From the NCBI RefSeq assembly GCF_022045235.1, contig NW_027266283.1, forward strand, positions 2,604,001 through 2,668,000: a stretch of DNA of 64,000 bases. Direction: 5' to 3'. The notes below the pieces were generated by a model. That model did not search any database and was not told the DNA's origin. It was given only the letters and a program-made list of their open reading frames with translations. The DNA is from Haliotis cracherodii (lineage: Eukaryota). The first letter of the stretch is position 1; each line of letters begins with the position of its first letter. The position numbers were made by a program, and so were the translations under genes. Of this stretch, positions 51,100 through 64,000 are shown one piece after another.

Positions 51100-54000
51100 A
51101 ATTGTCCATAAGCATTTGTGTAGTTGACAGGAGAGTCAGGTGTGGGAGTCACGAGTAGGTTACAGCTGCGGTAATGGGACCTGTTCACATACAAATTCTG
51201 ATTAGATGTTGAGTCATGTGGAATGGAAGGGAATGGAATAGAAACTACAGGTAAGATGTCTTTTTTCTTCGAATAGCCTACAGAGATACAATTAAGATGC
51301 AATGAAGAACGAAGCGTGATTTATTTCACAATAAATCATTGTTCTATCATGACGTCATTTCTGGAGATTCGAACATGACCTCGCAACATGACGTCGTAAA
51401 TTGGACGTCGTTATTGTTTACAGGGGAGTATCCAGTTAGTTGTTTCCAATAAGCTGGGCAAAGTCGATAAGCGCGATGGCCGAAGAATCGCATCCAAAGT
51501 TGGCGAGATATGACAATCGACACTGTGAGAAAAGGTTAATATAATCGAGAATTGTGAGAATATCAACAAACAAAAAAATGAACCCCCTTTTCATAAATAA
51601 ACTTGTTCAACATGGCTGAGGTCGGATTGTATTCAGGGAGTCATTATTCAAATACGGGTAAATATTTGTAAAGCTTGTACATCGTATTAACGTCTTTCAA
51701 AAGGCTGTTCATAATGTTGATATCTCATATAAGAAAATAAAGTATATAATTTGAAACTCACCTTACGAATTTGTTGTGTTGAAAATACATCCATCTTAAT
51801 GGACTTGGAATCTGTGTAGATATCACGTGGTATCTGATGCAATCAAATGGCAGTGGCATCGGTCTGTGGTAATGCGACCTGTACATGAAGACGTTGTGAT
51901 GAGATATAATTTCATATACACCAGGAACATTCATTTAGAATAGTGTAGACCAGAGGAATATTCTGAAAAGAAAATACAGATGGCATGCCCTGTATCTACG
52001 AATAAATTTAAGATATAATTAGGTTACATGCCTTTCAAACATCAAATAAAGTATATAGTTTGAAACTCACCCTGTGAAGTCGTTGTGCTGAAGATGCATC
52101 CATCTTTGTGGTTGACTTGAGATCACGTGGTATGTGGTGTGATCTGGGGCGATGGCATCAGGCGAGGACCGTCCTCCAGTTCAGACATACAGTGTATCCA
52201 GCAGCAGGTCCACTGGGGTAGTATTGCTCATATAGCACATCATGACGTCATTCACAGACGGGCAAACGACGCTGCCCCTCATAATGCCAATAGCATCGAA
52301 CATGGTTAGGAATGTACTTCGTCTTTAATTTCAAGTGTCAAGAATACTATTTGAAATAAATTGATTCCATAGCCAAGGGTAAATAATACTATACAAGAAA
52401 TACTCGTGTGATAAGAGCTACTCATTTTAAAGTATGTACAACATTTCTGCTTTATAATCCTTCGAAAACGTCACTGTCTAAAGACGCTAACTAGGTGAGG
52501 TGAGGTGAAAAGGGGTTTAACCTCACGTCCAAGATTATTGCACTTATATAGCGACGTGCATGCACGTGTATGTGTGTGTGTCTGCTTGTACTAGTCTGGA
52601 CTAATGCCGATTTTTAGTGCTAGCACACAGATACCATGCCGCAGTTTAACATGAATACCCCACTCAGGCACAGTATACTGACTCCGAACCGACCAGTCCT
52701 TGTTTTAGCCCCTTAATGCCGAGCGCCAGACAGCGTAACAACAAGTACCATCTTTTAACGTCTTTTTGCTCTCCGGTCGGACGCTCTACCATTAGACCAC
52801 GGAGGCGGTCTAGACCTAACTAAATACCACTACCCGAGAAGATGCTTGTGAATACAACCGAGTCACCGTTCAACTAGAAGGTGTTGGCGGGTGTTTCAGG
52901 TAGGAGAACGAGCCATGAAACATAAAACACCCCTCAACACCTTGAAGCCGCCGAGTCATCAGGAAGTACACATGACCATCCAGGTGTTGTAAGTGGACGA
53001 TCGTCCAGAAAATCATGACTGTATGTAACGCTTATAGGCGATGTATCTGGTCAGTGAGCAATAGTGGCATACGAACTAAGCACTATGTGCGTTGCCCCAG
53101 TGGGCAGTAGTGACATAAGACGAGCACGAGTACAATAGCTGCTATTAACAGTAAACTATCGATTCCAGGGTATTGCTGTGTAGGTAGAACGTTTACGTTG
53201 TACACTGAGGCACCAACATGTTGAGGTGAAACTGAATTAAACACGAAGATATGTACATACGGCCAAAATACGGTGCTGAGATACCTTCGTGTTCTGGTAC
53301 ATTATAGGAAGCAATGTCCACTTGGTTCAAACATTCCAACAGAAAAATAACCTCTGTAGGCTGCCCTTAGTCGGAACATGGGTATAGAAATGAAGTATAA
53401 TTCCTGCACATGAAGCGATGTAATTGGCAGGGGTTAGGGAATATAACATTGACTGTACCAAACCTGAAGAAGAAAGAGTATTTTGTTGAACAGAATATTT
53501 CAGTGGCTTTTTGAAACGTAGATAATTCCATTTGAGTTGCAAAATAGTTTCGATAATGGACGAACAGATACTATCGACACTTGTTCAACAAAGATATACA
53601 TGTACATACAAAATAACGTCATTTATATCTACTTACCGTATGTAGCGGAGAAACGCCTAGTTGACGTGGTTGCTCAGGCTGGTTGGCTGGCAACAGGGTA
53701 GGGCGACTCTAGTTGGCTGACAACAGAGTAGGGCGACTCAGGCTGGCTGGCTGGCAACAGTAGGGTAACTGAGGCCCATAGCAACAGAGTAGTGCGACTG
53801 AGGCTGTCTAGGGTAACAGTAGGGAAACCGAGGCTGGTTAGGTGGCTGGTAGCAGAGTAGGGCTAATGAGCTAATGAGGATATCTGGCAACAGAGTAGAA
53901 CGAACGACTGAGGATGTCTGGCAACAGAAGGGCGACTGAGGATTATTCTTAAGCTGAACAGGACTGGGGATGACTGTCAACTGTCTAACGCCTGTCTGAT

Positions 54001-56978
54001 GAAATCATCTTGATACTTTGGGACGACACCTGGAGTGAACAGAAAAGTGTTTCGTTAACATTCATAAAATAACAGCTGTTACAGTTATTTATGAATACTA
54101 ATTTTAGAAAAAATAGCATCTGTCTAGTTAATACTCCGACAATTCTGTGTGAAACGACTGCAGATTAACACGTGTCCTGCTAACAAGCTATTCCTGCTAA
54201 CAAGCTATTCAAAGCATTCAATTGTTAGAATAAACACACATGCATTGTGTACAATTTCATATGCTTTAACCCGCGCTCAAAGCCCGATGTATTGGGAGTG
54301 CCTTTCCTTCCCCGAGAATCCCCTGGGGTAATATATAATTGGTTGACATTTAGGGCAAACTGAACCCGGAACAATGTAACTTATATGTATTAAGTATATT
54401 CCAGCAGTATGTTGGGTGGGGGAGTTGGTGATGTGATGCGAGAACTGACTCAAAGATGACATATACACATGACGGTCCACTTACTCTCAACTCCTCCCAG
54501 CGTCATCTGGAGAACTGCAGCTGGTTTTGGCACTCGGCCCCTCTACAATGAAAGAAAACACAATGCATAGACCCTCTTCTCCTGTCCAAGACACAATCTA
54601 CAGAGGACACAAAGCTATAGTGATGTTCTCCCTGAAGTGAGTGCTGGACTGTTGTAATGTGTCTCAGTTAAAGGCAACTTAATTACATCTTCAGGTCAAC
54701 TATGTTACTTGTGGCTTACAACATTAGCAACGACCCACAATAAATGGGTACTGGGTTTCAATCAAATTCGGTTTATTATTTGTTTCGAAAAAAGATAGAC
54801 TATATGAAACTCACGGAAGTTCTTTTGTGCTTCGTCCAGAAGACGTAGCAACTCCTCGTATGACTGTTTGTTGCCCTCGTTGCTGTTGGCGCTGTTGGCG
54901 CTGTTGTCGCTGTTGTCGTTGCCTTTTCCGCCTGACATGGCGTTGGTTTCTCCATTCTGTTCTTTGCCTGGCCTCGTCAGGCGTATGGTTCTGAGTGAGA
55001 AAAGTCAATGAAAATATAAATGAACAACATTTCATGACTGCGTATAATTATATGTTGTATTAATAGCTGTTCATGACATAAGATTACTTAATAGTTGTGA
55101 TAAGGGATAGTGTGTGGCAAGTTATGCAATAAAAAAACTATTTTCAGTTTCATGTGAAACCTGTCAGATCCGTTTTCCCCTTAAATATTTATAAGAAGTT
55201 ATCTTGACCTTTAAATTATTATATTGTATTCAACTTTCTCTAGCAATTACATTTTTTTTTATCTATTTTAAAATGTAAATGTAACTTTCTTATTTTACTT
55301 ATTCTTATTACATTATTATATATATTCAAATATATAAATGTTCTTGTGTGAGTGGGTGAATGTTGTTTAACGCCGCAGACAGCAATATTCCAGCTCTATC
55401 CCGACTGCCTGTCATCCGGACCAGTGACAAACGAGCAACCAGCATGAGGTAGCAGATTACTCACAAGGGGAACTATTTTAGAAAAAGTATTATGATATGT
55501 CAAGAAGCCTTAAAACATTGACTTGAGCTAAAAGTAAACAATTCAGGTTTATGGCGAAATTTATTTCAACATGAGTAAATCTTTAATGACTGTCAGTAAT
55601 GTTAAGTAGTTGAATAGCATACTTACTGATGGCACCGTCTGGGTCGCCAATGTAACCGTGGTTCATGCTGTTGCCGATGTTGATGCAGGTGCGGTTGTGG
55701 ATGCGGATGGCGATGCCGAGGCGGATAACGATGCCATCGTCGATGTCATCAGCGGCAACCTTAACAAAGGGAATGCGTGTTATATTGCGTTATATATGTA
55801 TGCATAAGGGATCCGATTGACGGCAATCACAGCTGTTATAAACCCATGGGACATGTTTTATTGTCATGGAGATTGATCTTTACCATATTATAAAACAGCA
55901 TATCCCGCTTCCCACACACGTCCATACCTATGGCTCAAGAAGACAAAACAACGCCTAGGTAGTAATGTTAAACCTATTCATTGTGGTTGACTTACATTTC
56001 CTTTCAGACGCCGGTTTTCTTCTTTTAGTTCCCTGATATCCTTTTGTAATTTCCGGTTTTCCTCTCGGAGTTCCGCAATTCCGTGGATTCAGAAACCTGT
56101 CAAACATAAACAAATGTCAAATATTGCCAAAACAATGAACTTACACATACTGCTGGGGAAAGGAAAGTAGACAACCATGCGTGATGGTGGCTAACAATGA
56201 AACAATCAAGGGATGGTTTATTCCATGGTGATGTTTTTGATATAGCCGTCATAGTTGTCTTCATGACCAGAACTGTAGAAAACCCCGTGCTATGACAATA
56301 CATCAAACTTTCATTTCACTTTCAACGCGACGTTTTGGTGTATATTTTGGTCCATTTTACAAGCAAGTTAAACAATAACTGGATAGGACATGGTCATGTA
56401 TATATTGCTACAAAAACAAAGAGTTAAACCAAATCAATATATAGGATAACACATGGTGACCGCAACAAAATATTGCCCAGTAGCCCTGATGTCATACACC
56501 ATACCATTGATGGTACAAGATAACTGAATCACAGACTTTGGAACGCTGGGGTAGCGTAAAGAGTAAAGTGTTCGCCTGACACGCAAAACGACTTAGGTTA
56601 GATCCTTCCCCGCCGTGATATTGCTGGAATCCGCTCACTCAGAAACGTAACAAAAATAAATAGATTCAGACATGAACGATAGAATTAATGACAGTAAGCG
56701 AGACGTTGGTTGAAGAGGATGAACTCTATGAAGTTAATGTGTTTACTTACATCCACTGGAGTCGCCCCGATGCCGTGCGCCAGCTGCCTGCCTACTCTCG
56801 GATGGTGTGACGAATGGTATGGTGTATGACATCAGGGCTACTGGTCACCATTGGGATGGCAAAAAGCGCTGACGACGATGATGATGTTACCCTGGAGGAT
56901 GCCGGAGTAGTGTCCTGTTGGACCTGAGGAGTTGCTTGTTGGAGTGGCCTGTCGAGACGGAGGCGCCTGGGCTGAAGG
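51100..56978 (-). pseudogene. Decayed multi-exon gene or spliced lncRNA (coiled-coil + low-complexity protein relic)
   Basis: GC-richer blocks bounded by strong splice sites: 56978-56751, 56096-55996 (IAELREENRKLQKDIRELKEENRRLKGN), 55759-55627, 54990-54815, 54542-54485, 54029-53637 (degenerate PQSPYSVA-like repeats), ~52322-52071, 51962-51762 and 51244-51100. No continuous ORF can be assembled. Confidence 0.55.
52495..52810 (-). mobile_element. SINE family 4, near full length (partial copy 60141-60308)
   Basis: Head gaccgcctccgtggtctaatggtagagcg; tail ...gttaaacccc.tttcacctcacc. Confidence 0.8.
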
Positions 56979-57914
56979 CTGTACAAAAGTCCGCAGAACG
57001 TTCAACAAGATGGAAAGCGAGTAAATGTAGCGAAGAGAATGATGCGATGAACGACAACCGTGATGCATCCTAGGAAGTATCCGTGTTATACACTGGCCCA
57101 TTTACACCAATTAAGCCAACAAGCCCGTGTCCGCGGCCTTATGGGTATTCTGTATCAATCAACTGAGAGAGAATATATGGGCTATCCTTTTGTCAAATCG
57201 CAACCCTTAAAACAATGGAATCTGTAGATGGACATGTCGAGCACGGACTTCTCGTGAAACACACCATGCTCTTGATATGGAACACATCGGGACACATTTC
57301 TTTACACTGGAAACCAAATTCAACCCCAGCACATAACTATATTTTCCTCAATGTGTGTATATCTTCTCATTTTCTCTAAACATTCATTGTCAACAGGGTG
57401 ATTCTGCATGATTAACAAAAGCCATGTTGGTCTTAAATTTTACGTCTCACTGTTGGTGTGCAATGACGTACATTATGGTACATTATTCAATGTTGACAGC
57501 TTAACTACAAAGTCAGTTAAATCTGACTTGGTGTTGATGGAACATTTGTTTTAGCATTTAATTTACAGACAAAACCAAAATGACGAAAAATGTCAGACAC
57601 AAGCAGGGTCCGATCCTGTGCAGAAGGTTCAGAAGCCTCACGAATATGTTCTACTGCAACGGTGACATGGACAAAACTTTGATAAGAAGAAAAATATTGT
57701 ATTTATATACGAGTGATTTGGTAGCTTTTTGTTAAAAAATACGTATAGAACTAAAAGTACTTTTGTTCTTGACCAGGGCTATGTTTGTTCATAAATGGCC
57801 GTCAACATAGACATTAGGTGTATTATGTTCGATAATGTGTTCGATTTTGTCTTATATGAATTGTCTCAAGACCCAAGAACTTGCATTCAACAACGCGAGT
57901 CGACAAAGACAACT

Positions 57915-60068
57915 ACATGTTACATGTAGCTCTGATGGTATACACCCTACCAAGACTTGCATACAACAACATGTAGCACTGATGGTATACATCCTACCTA
58001 GACTTCTATGCAACAGCATGTAGCACTGATGGTATACACCCTACATAGACTTGTATACAACAACATGTAGCTCTGATGGTATACATCCTACCTAGACTTC
58101 TATGCAACAGCATGTAGCACTGATGGTATACACCCTACATAGACTTGTATACAACAACATGTAGCTCTGATGGTATACACCCTACCTAGACTTGTATACA
58201 ACAACATGTAGGTATGATGTTGTACACCCAACCTAGACTTCTATGCAACAACATGTAGCTCTGATGGCATACACCCTACCTAGACTTGCATACAACAACA
58301 TGTAGCTCTGATGGTATAAACCCTACCTACACTTGTATACAACAACATGTAGCCCTGATATACACCCTGCATAGACTTGTATACAACAACATGTAGCACT
58401 GATGGCAAACGCCCTGCATCAACTTGTATGCAACAACATGTAGCACTGATGGTACACACCCTACCTAGACTTGTATACAACAACATGTAGCTATGATGGT
58501 ATACACCCTACCAAGACTTGCATACAACAACATGTAGCACTGATGGTATACATCCTACCTAGACTTCTATGCAACAGCATGTAGCACTGATGGTATACAC
58601 CCTACATAGACTTGTATACAACAACATGTAGCTCTGATGGTATACACCCTACCTAGACTTGTATACAACAACATGTAGGTATGATGTTGTACACCCTACC
58701 TATACCTATATACAACAACATGTAGCTCTGATGGTATACACCCTCCAAGACTTGAATAGAACAACATGTAGCACTGATGGTATACACCCTACCTAGACTT
58801 GTATCCAACAACATGTAGCACTGATGGCATACATCCTACCTAGACTTATATACAACATCATGTAGCACTGATGGTATACATCCTACCTAGACTTGTATAC
58901 AACAACATGTAGCACTGATGGCATACATCCTACCTAGACTTATATACAACATCATGTAGCACTGATGGTATACATCCTACTTAGACGTGTATACAACAAC
59001 ATGTAGCACTGATGGTATACGCCCTACTTAGACTTGTATACAACAACATGTAGCACTGATTGTTTACACCCTCCAAGACTTGCATACAACAACATATAGC
59101 TCTGATGGTATACACCCTACCTAGACTTTTATACAACAGCATGTAGCTATGATGGTATACACCCTACATAGACTTGTATACAACAGCATGTAGCTATGAT
59201 GGTATACACCCTACCGAGACTTGTATAGAACAACATGTAGCTATGATGGTGTAAACCCAACCGAGACTTGTATACAACAACATGTAGCACTGATGGTATA
59301 CACCCTACATAGACTTGTATACAACATGTAGCACTGATGGTATACACCCTAAATAGTTTTGTATGCAACAACATGTAGCACTGATTGTTTACACACTCCA
59401 AGACTTACATACAACAACATGTAGCTCTGATGGTATACACCCTACATTGACTTGTATTCAACATCATGTAGCCCTGATGGTATACACCCCATCTAGACTT
59501 TTATACAACAACATGTAGCACTGATGGTATACATCCTACCTAGACTTCTATGCAACAGCATGTAGCACTGATGGTATACGCCCTACATAGACTTGTATAC
59601 AACGACATGTAGCTCTGATGGTATACACCCTACCTAGTACTTGTATACAACAACATGTAGCACTGATGGCATACACCCTACCTAGACTTGTATACAACAA
59701 CACTAAGCACTGGTGGTATACACCCTACATAGACTTGTATACAACTAACATCTAGCACTGATGGTATACACCCTGCCTAGACTTGTATACAACGACATGT
59801 AGAACTGATGGTATGCACCCAGCCTAGACCTATATACCACAACATGTAGCACTGATGGTATACACCCTACCTAGACCTATATACAACCACATGTAGCTCT
59901 GATGGTATACACCCTACCAAGACTTGCATACAACAACATGTAGCACTGATGGTATACACCCTACCTAGACTTGTATCCAACAACATGTAGCACTGATTGT
60001 GTACACCCAGCCTAGACGTATATACAACAACATGTAGCACTGATGGTGTACACCCAACCGAGACTTGA
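57915..60068. repeat. 47-bp minisatellite, ~2.15 kb (~45 copies)
   Basis: Unit caacaacatgtagcactgatggtatacaccctacctagacttgtata. Confidence 0.95.
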
Positions 60069-61451
60069 ATAAAAACGTTTGCCACTTATCAACCCTTCAA
60101 ATTATATATTAGGTATAAAGAACGGAAAACGTTCCTTTAAGTTAGGTGCCTGGGGGTTAACGTCGCGTTCAAGATCATCGCACTGATATAGCGACGTGCA
60201 TGTACGTATGTGTGTTTGTGTGGCTGCTTGTACTAGTCCGGACTGATGCAGATTTATAGTGCTAGCTCACTGAGATACCCTGCCGCAGTTGAACATGAGT
60301 ACCCCACCAGGATCAAACCTGTAGTGCAAGGAAGTGAATTATAGGTTCATTCCCGACATGGGTACAATGTGTGAAGCCCATGTCTGGTGTCCCCCACCGT
60401 GATATTGCTGGAATATTGCTAAAAGCGGCGTAAANNNNNNNNNNNNNNNNNNNNNNNNNNNNNNNNNNNNNNNNNNNNNNNNNNNNNNNNNNNNNNNNNN
60501 NNNNNNNNNNNNNNNNNNNNNNNNNNNNNNNNNNNNNNNNNNNNNNNNNNNNNNNNNNNNNNNNNNNNNNNNNNNNNNNTACAACACCTTGTGTTTAACA
60601 TAACACATCCATGCTTACACTCCTCCGTCCCCTTTCTGCACGTCTCTGCACAAAACACTGAAACAAACAATTCAGCACCATCGCCATATTGATGTGAATG
60701 ATTTCATAATCTAATATGTGGATTGTATGTTTTATGATATGCCTTTACATGTGTTCGTGACGGGTGCCACCGGTAGGTTGGGGGTGGGGGCTGTATGTGA
60801 TGGTTGGCAGGGTAGCCTCACCCTTTCGCGAACACATGGTATCATCACTATTTGATAGTAAGTCATAAACAAAACCTTTCTAACATAGTCGGAATCGAAC
60901 AGTGGAGATTCCTTAATATGATTGTTTGTCGCTTTTGTATACAAAATTGCAATCTTGTCAGTCTATGTAGGATAACAAATGTTTACGGCCTATTATTTAG
61001 CTGAATCTAATGTGGAAAATATAGCTAATTCTTTTTAGATCTAAATTTATGTTTTCCCCAAACATGTCCGACACATACATGTCATGGGATTCGCATGTGT
61101 TCACAAAAATATTCTGTCCCCAACAAAAATTGTGATTCATGAAACATCTCTTTACTCAATAACTAGTATTTTATTTGCATACATAAAAGCGACGATTTTA
61201 TTAATTGCTCTTGCAAACACTCGAGGATACGGATGATGGTCATGAAAAATAAAGTCGAAAGAAGAAAGGGAGAAGAGTAGAGACGTACGTACATCATTTC
61301 TGAATATTAATAATCGATATAATAAGTAAATAACTTTTGATCAGACCAACTTATGTGTTATCATATATGCATATTCACTGACGTACAAACACTTTCACCT
61401 TTTGATACTAAAAAAACAAAACAATATGTGTTATTGTCGAGATTTCAATTA

Positions 61452-62294
61452 GGAGATAAACATACTGTGTTTTCAATGTAGAGCTAGGTTACCTCTAGAT
61501 TTAACCCCGCTAAATTGAATTTGGAACCGAACGCGCAGCGTGAGGTTTCAAATGTTAAATTTAGCGCGGTTAAATCTACAGGTAACCTAGCTCTACATTG
61601 AAAACACAGTATGTTTATCTCCATTCTACCATGACTAAATAAAACACGAACTATTTGGTGTTAGCAAATATTCTGAGTGAAGCAGCATGGGTTGAGTTCA
61701 GTGTTTTGAGTTGGTTATCGATCTGAATTACGCTATCACCGAACAAAATATGGTGATGTATATACTCAAGCAGTTTGTTTACACCGAAATACTTCACTCG
61801 AACATATGACAGGCATTGAAAGCATATATAACCACAGCAACTTGGTAAGCTAACATGAGGTGGGCATCCCTAAAGAAAACAAAGCAAGCTTTGCAAGGCT
61901 TTCGCTCCACATCGCGCGTCACTATTATGACGTCATATCGCTCATTGTGACGCAAAAGATATGACATCACAGTCGTATATAGAAAAGCGCCAAAATTCCA
62001 AGCTCTCTGTTGTCTCCAAAATGTAAATACATTCCCTTTGTTGATTTCTGTCGTGTTTTCTGGACGAAATGTATTGCCACACATCCTTTCAATATTGTAG
62101 TAACCGCATCTGTGCATTTTGTAACCTGTAATTTTAGATATAATTATTTAAATATGCCTACCGACAATGACTGAAAATAGTACTAGGTGATGCGGCCGTC
62201 ACACCAGCTGTTTCAATCAGAGGGGGTTTATTGTGATTTAATAGCCTCTGATTGACCAATCAGAATCGAGTAAATTCCAAATTCATGGTAGAAT
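61452..62294. mobile_element. Non-autonomous DNA element with long terminal hairpin (Crypton/MITE-like)
   Basis: Near-perfect ~78-bp arms at 61452-61622, followed by attctaccatga (61623) ... tcatggtagaat (62294) inverted ends. Confidence 0.6.
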
Positions 62295-63074
62295 TTTCCT
62301 TTAACCAGTCATTCCAAGCACCCATTGTGCACACATGTTTGTATGTTATATAATACACCGTCATACCTGATTGTTGTGACACACATATTTACTCTTTTGT
62401 CCATCCCATATTCAAATGTCTTAACTGTTGAATTCTTGTCAAAAGGCGGTATTATCATTAACATGTAACATTCCAACAGATTAACATGTTAACAGATTAA
62501 CCTTTAGTGATCATGTATTATTGTTTTACTTCGTCCTGAAAAGTAAAGAATGGTGCAAAAAAATTAAAAATATAATAATAATAATAATTTCTAAACCATA
62601 GAATTCGTGTGAAAACGCGGTATACATGATGTGGATCTAATGGATCATGTTCTTTATTACTGATTCCAAACTTCTATTCCGTTAATAAACACAACACAAC
62701 TCCCTAACTTGTATTCGTTTTCGTGTCCCCAGAAACACAGTCACGAAACACACACGTGCTCAAAACTTTCTTTTCACAAAGCAGAAAGGCAGATTGTGTG
62801 TTTCCGCGAACATCCGGTATATATCATGACTATTTAATAGTGATTCATAAACACATGCTTATGATATAGTTGGATTCTTACATAAGACTCTTCTTATATA
62901 TAGATTTTGTTATGACTATGGTGTTTGTCTCTTTGAATTATGTGTGTTTTATCTAAACAGGTACATGTATCTGTTACATCATCAGTTACCATTGTGTGTT
63001 GTTTATGTTAATCTTCAAGTATAACTAATCGCACCTATGTTATCATGCCCAGTCGAGTTGTTTAACACTAGCTT

Positions 63075-63645
63075 GGTTTGTTTGTTTATTGTTTGTCGCC
63101 GCACTCACTATATGACGGCGGTCTGTAAATAATAATATCTGTTGATACACACGACTACTAGGTCAGTAGTCAGTAGTTAGGACGGGTGGCCCAGTCGTAT
63201 AAGGCGCCGCGATTCGCTGTGCAGAGTTGCGTCCCTTGAGCACGCCAGAAACCTATGATTGTGGGTTCGAATCCCGGTTCGCCCGGATTATGTTTCTTGG
63301 TTTGTCAGCACCATACCCGTGCTCGTGGGTTTCACCGAAGTGGTAAACGTCTGAGACCTGCATCACTTCGGGCTTTCCTCCCACATTAAGTTGACACGCC
63401 GTGATATAACTGGAAAACTGTTAAAAGCGGCGTTAAACCAAACTCAATCACTCACTCACTGTAAATAATAGAGTCTGGACCAGTTAATCCAGGGTTTGCC
63501 ATCATGCATATGAGCATCGATCCACACAATTGGGATACGATTACATGCTACACTCAAGTCAGCGAGTCTGACCACCCGATCCCGTTAGTCGCCGCTTACC
63601 AGAAGCCTAGTCTATCTTTATGACAGACATGGGTTGCTGAAGACA
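63075..63645 (-). mobile_element. SINE family 1 interrupted by a plus-strand family 2 SINE (63181-63458); another family 1 piece at 63803-63910
   Basis: Duplication ctgtaaataata at 63123-63134 and 63459-63470 flanks the nested insertion. Confidence 0.85.
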
Positions 63646-64000
63646 GCTTGACGTGTCATCGTACGATACCGATACCCAATCATCAGTGGTTGCCGTCATC
63701 TAGAAGCTTTGTAGGCCAGGTCTGTGCTTAGGATATATTGTTCTAAACCATTGTATATGTAAACTGTTACTGCAACAGCGAAGGATAGCAACAGAGATAA
63801 GTAGCGAGCCTGACCACCCGATCCCGTTAGTCGCCTTTGCGAAAAGGATAGTCGCCTTTCACGGCAAGCATGGGTTGCTGGAGACGTATTCTACCCCGGA
63901 TCTTCACGGGTACAGATGCTTGATAAAATCATCTGTACCAAAACGTTGCAGAGAAAGAATACAGAAGTTGAAATACAAAGGTCACCTCGTTCTTCCTTGA

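Noticed and set aside
53637-56096. Selenoprotein or read-through explanation for repeated in-frame TGA
   Set aside because: Frameshifts and TAA/TAG stops are also present and no SECIS was recognised; mutational decay is simpler.
57915-60068. Regular 47-bp array as CRISPR or coding repeat
   Set aside because: No unique spacers, no cas genes, eukaryotic context; it is a minisatellite.

Overview
AT-rich, intron-containing animal genomic DNA, most likely a mollusc (the SINE families and (GAGT)n/(CAAA)n tails suggest a gastropod such as abalone; this is inference). Most ORFs in the supplied track are not real genes; the genes appear only after splicing. The left ~39 kb is a minus-strand tandem array of about 10 genes and gene remnants, labelled G1-G10 here. 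The complete models encode small (~150-180 aa) proteins with no signal peptide: one or two Gly/Asn/Ser/Thr/Val-rich 'motif alpha' exons, one 'motif beta' exon, and a C-terminal SAM-domain exon. Every coding intron is phase 1, and the three beta-exon types and three SAM types occur in different combinations, so the array is shuffling exon cassettes. The motif exons have the beta-arch character of functional-amyloid signalling motifs (HET-s, PP, RHIM/cRHIM). I propose, as a hypothesis, an undescribed family of amyloid-motif+SAM adaptors. The array also contains nested segmental duplications, exon deletions, a LINE with a target-site duplication and many SINEs. The right ~25 kb holds minisatellites, MITEs, SINEs, a Tc1 relic and a decayed multi-exon gene. 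Repeat boundaries are approximate; exon coordinates were read by hand from GT-AG sites.
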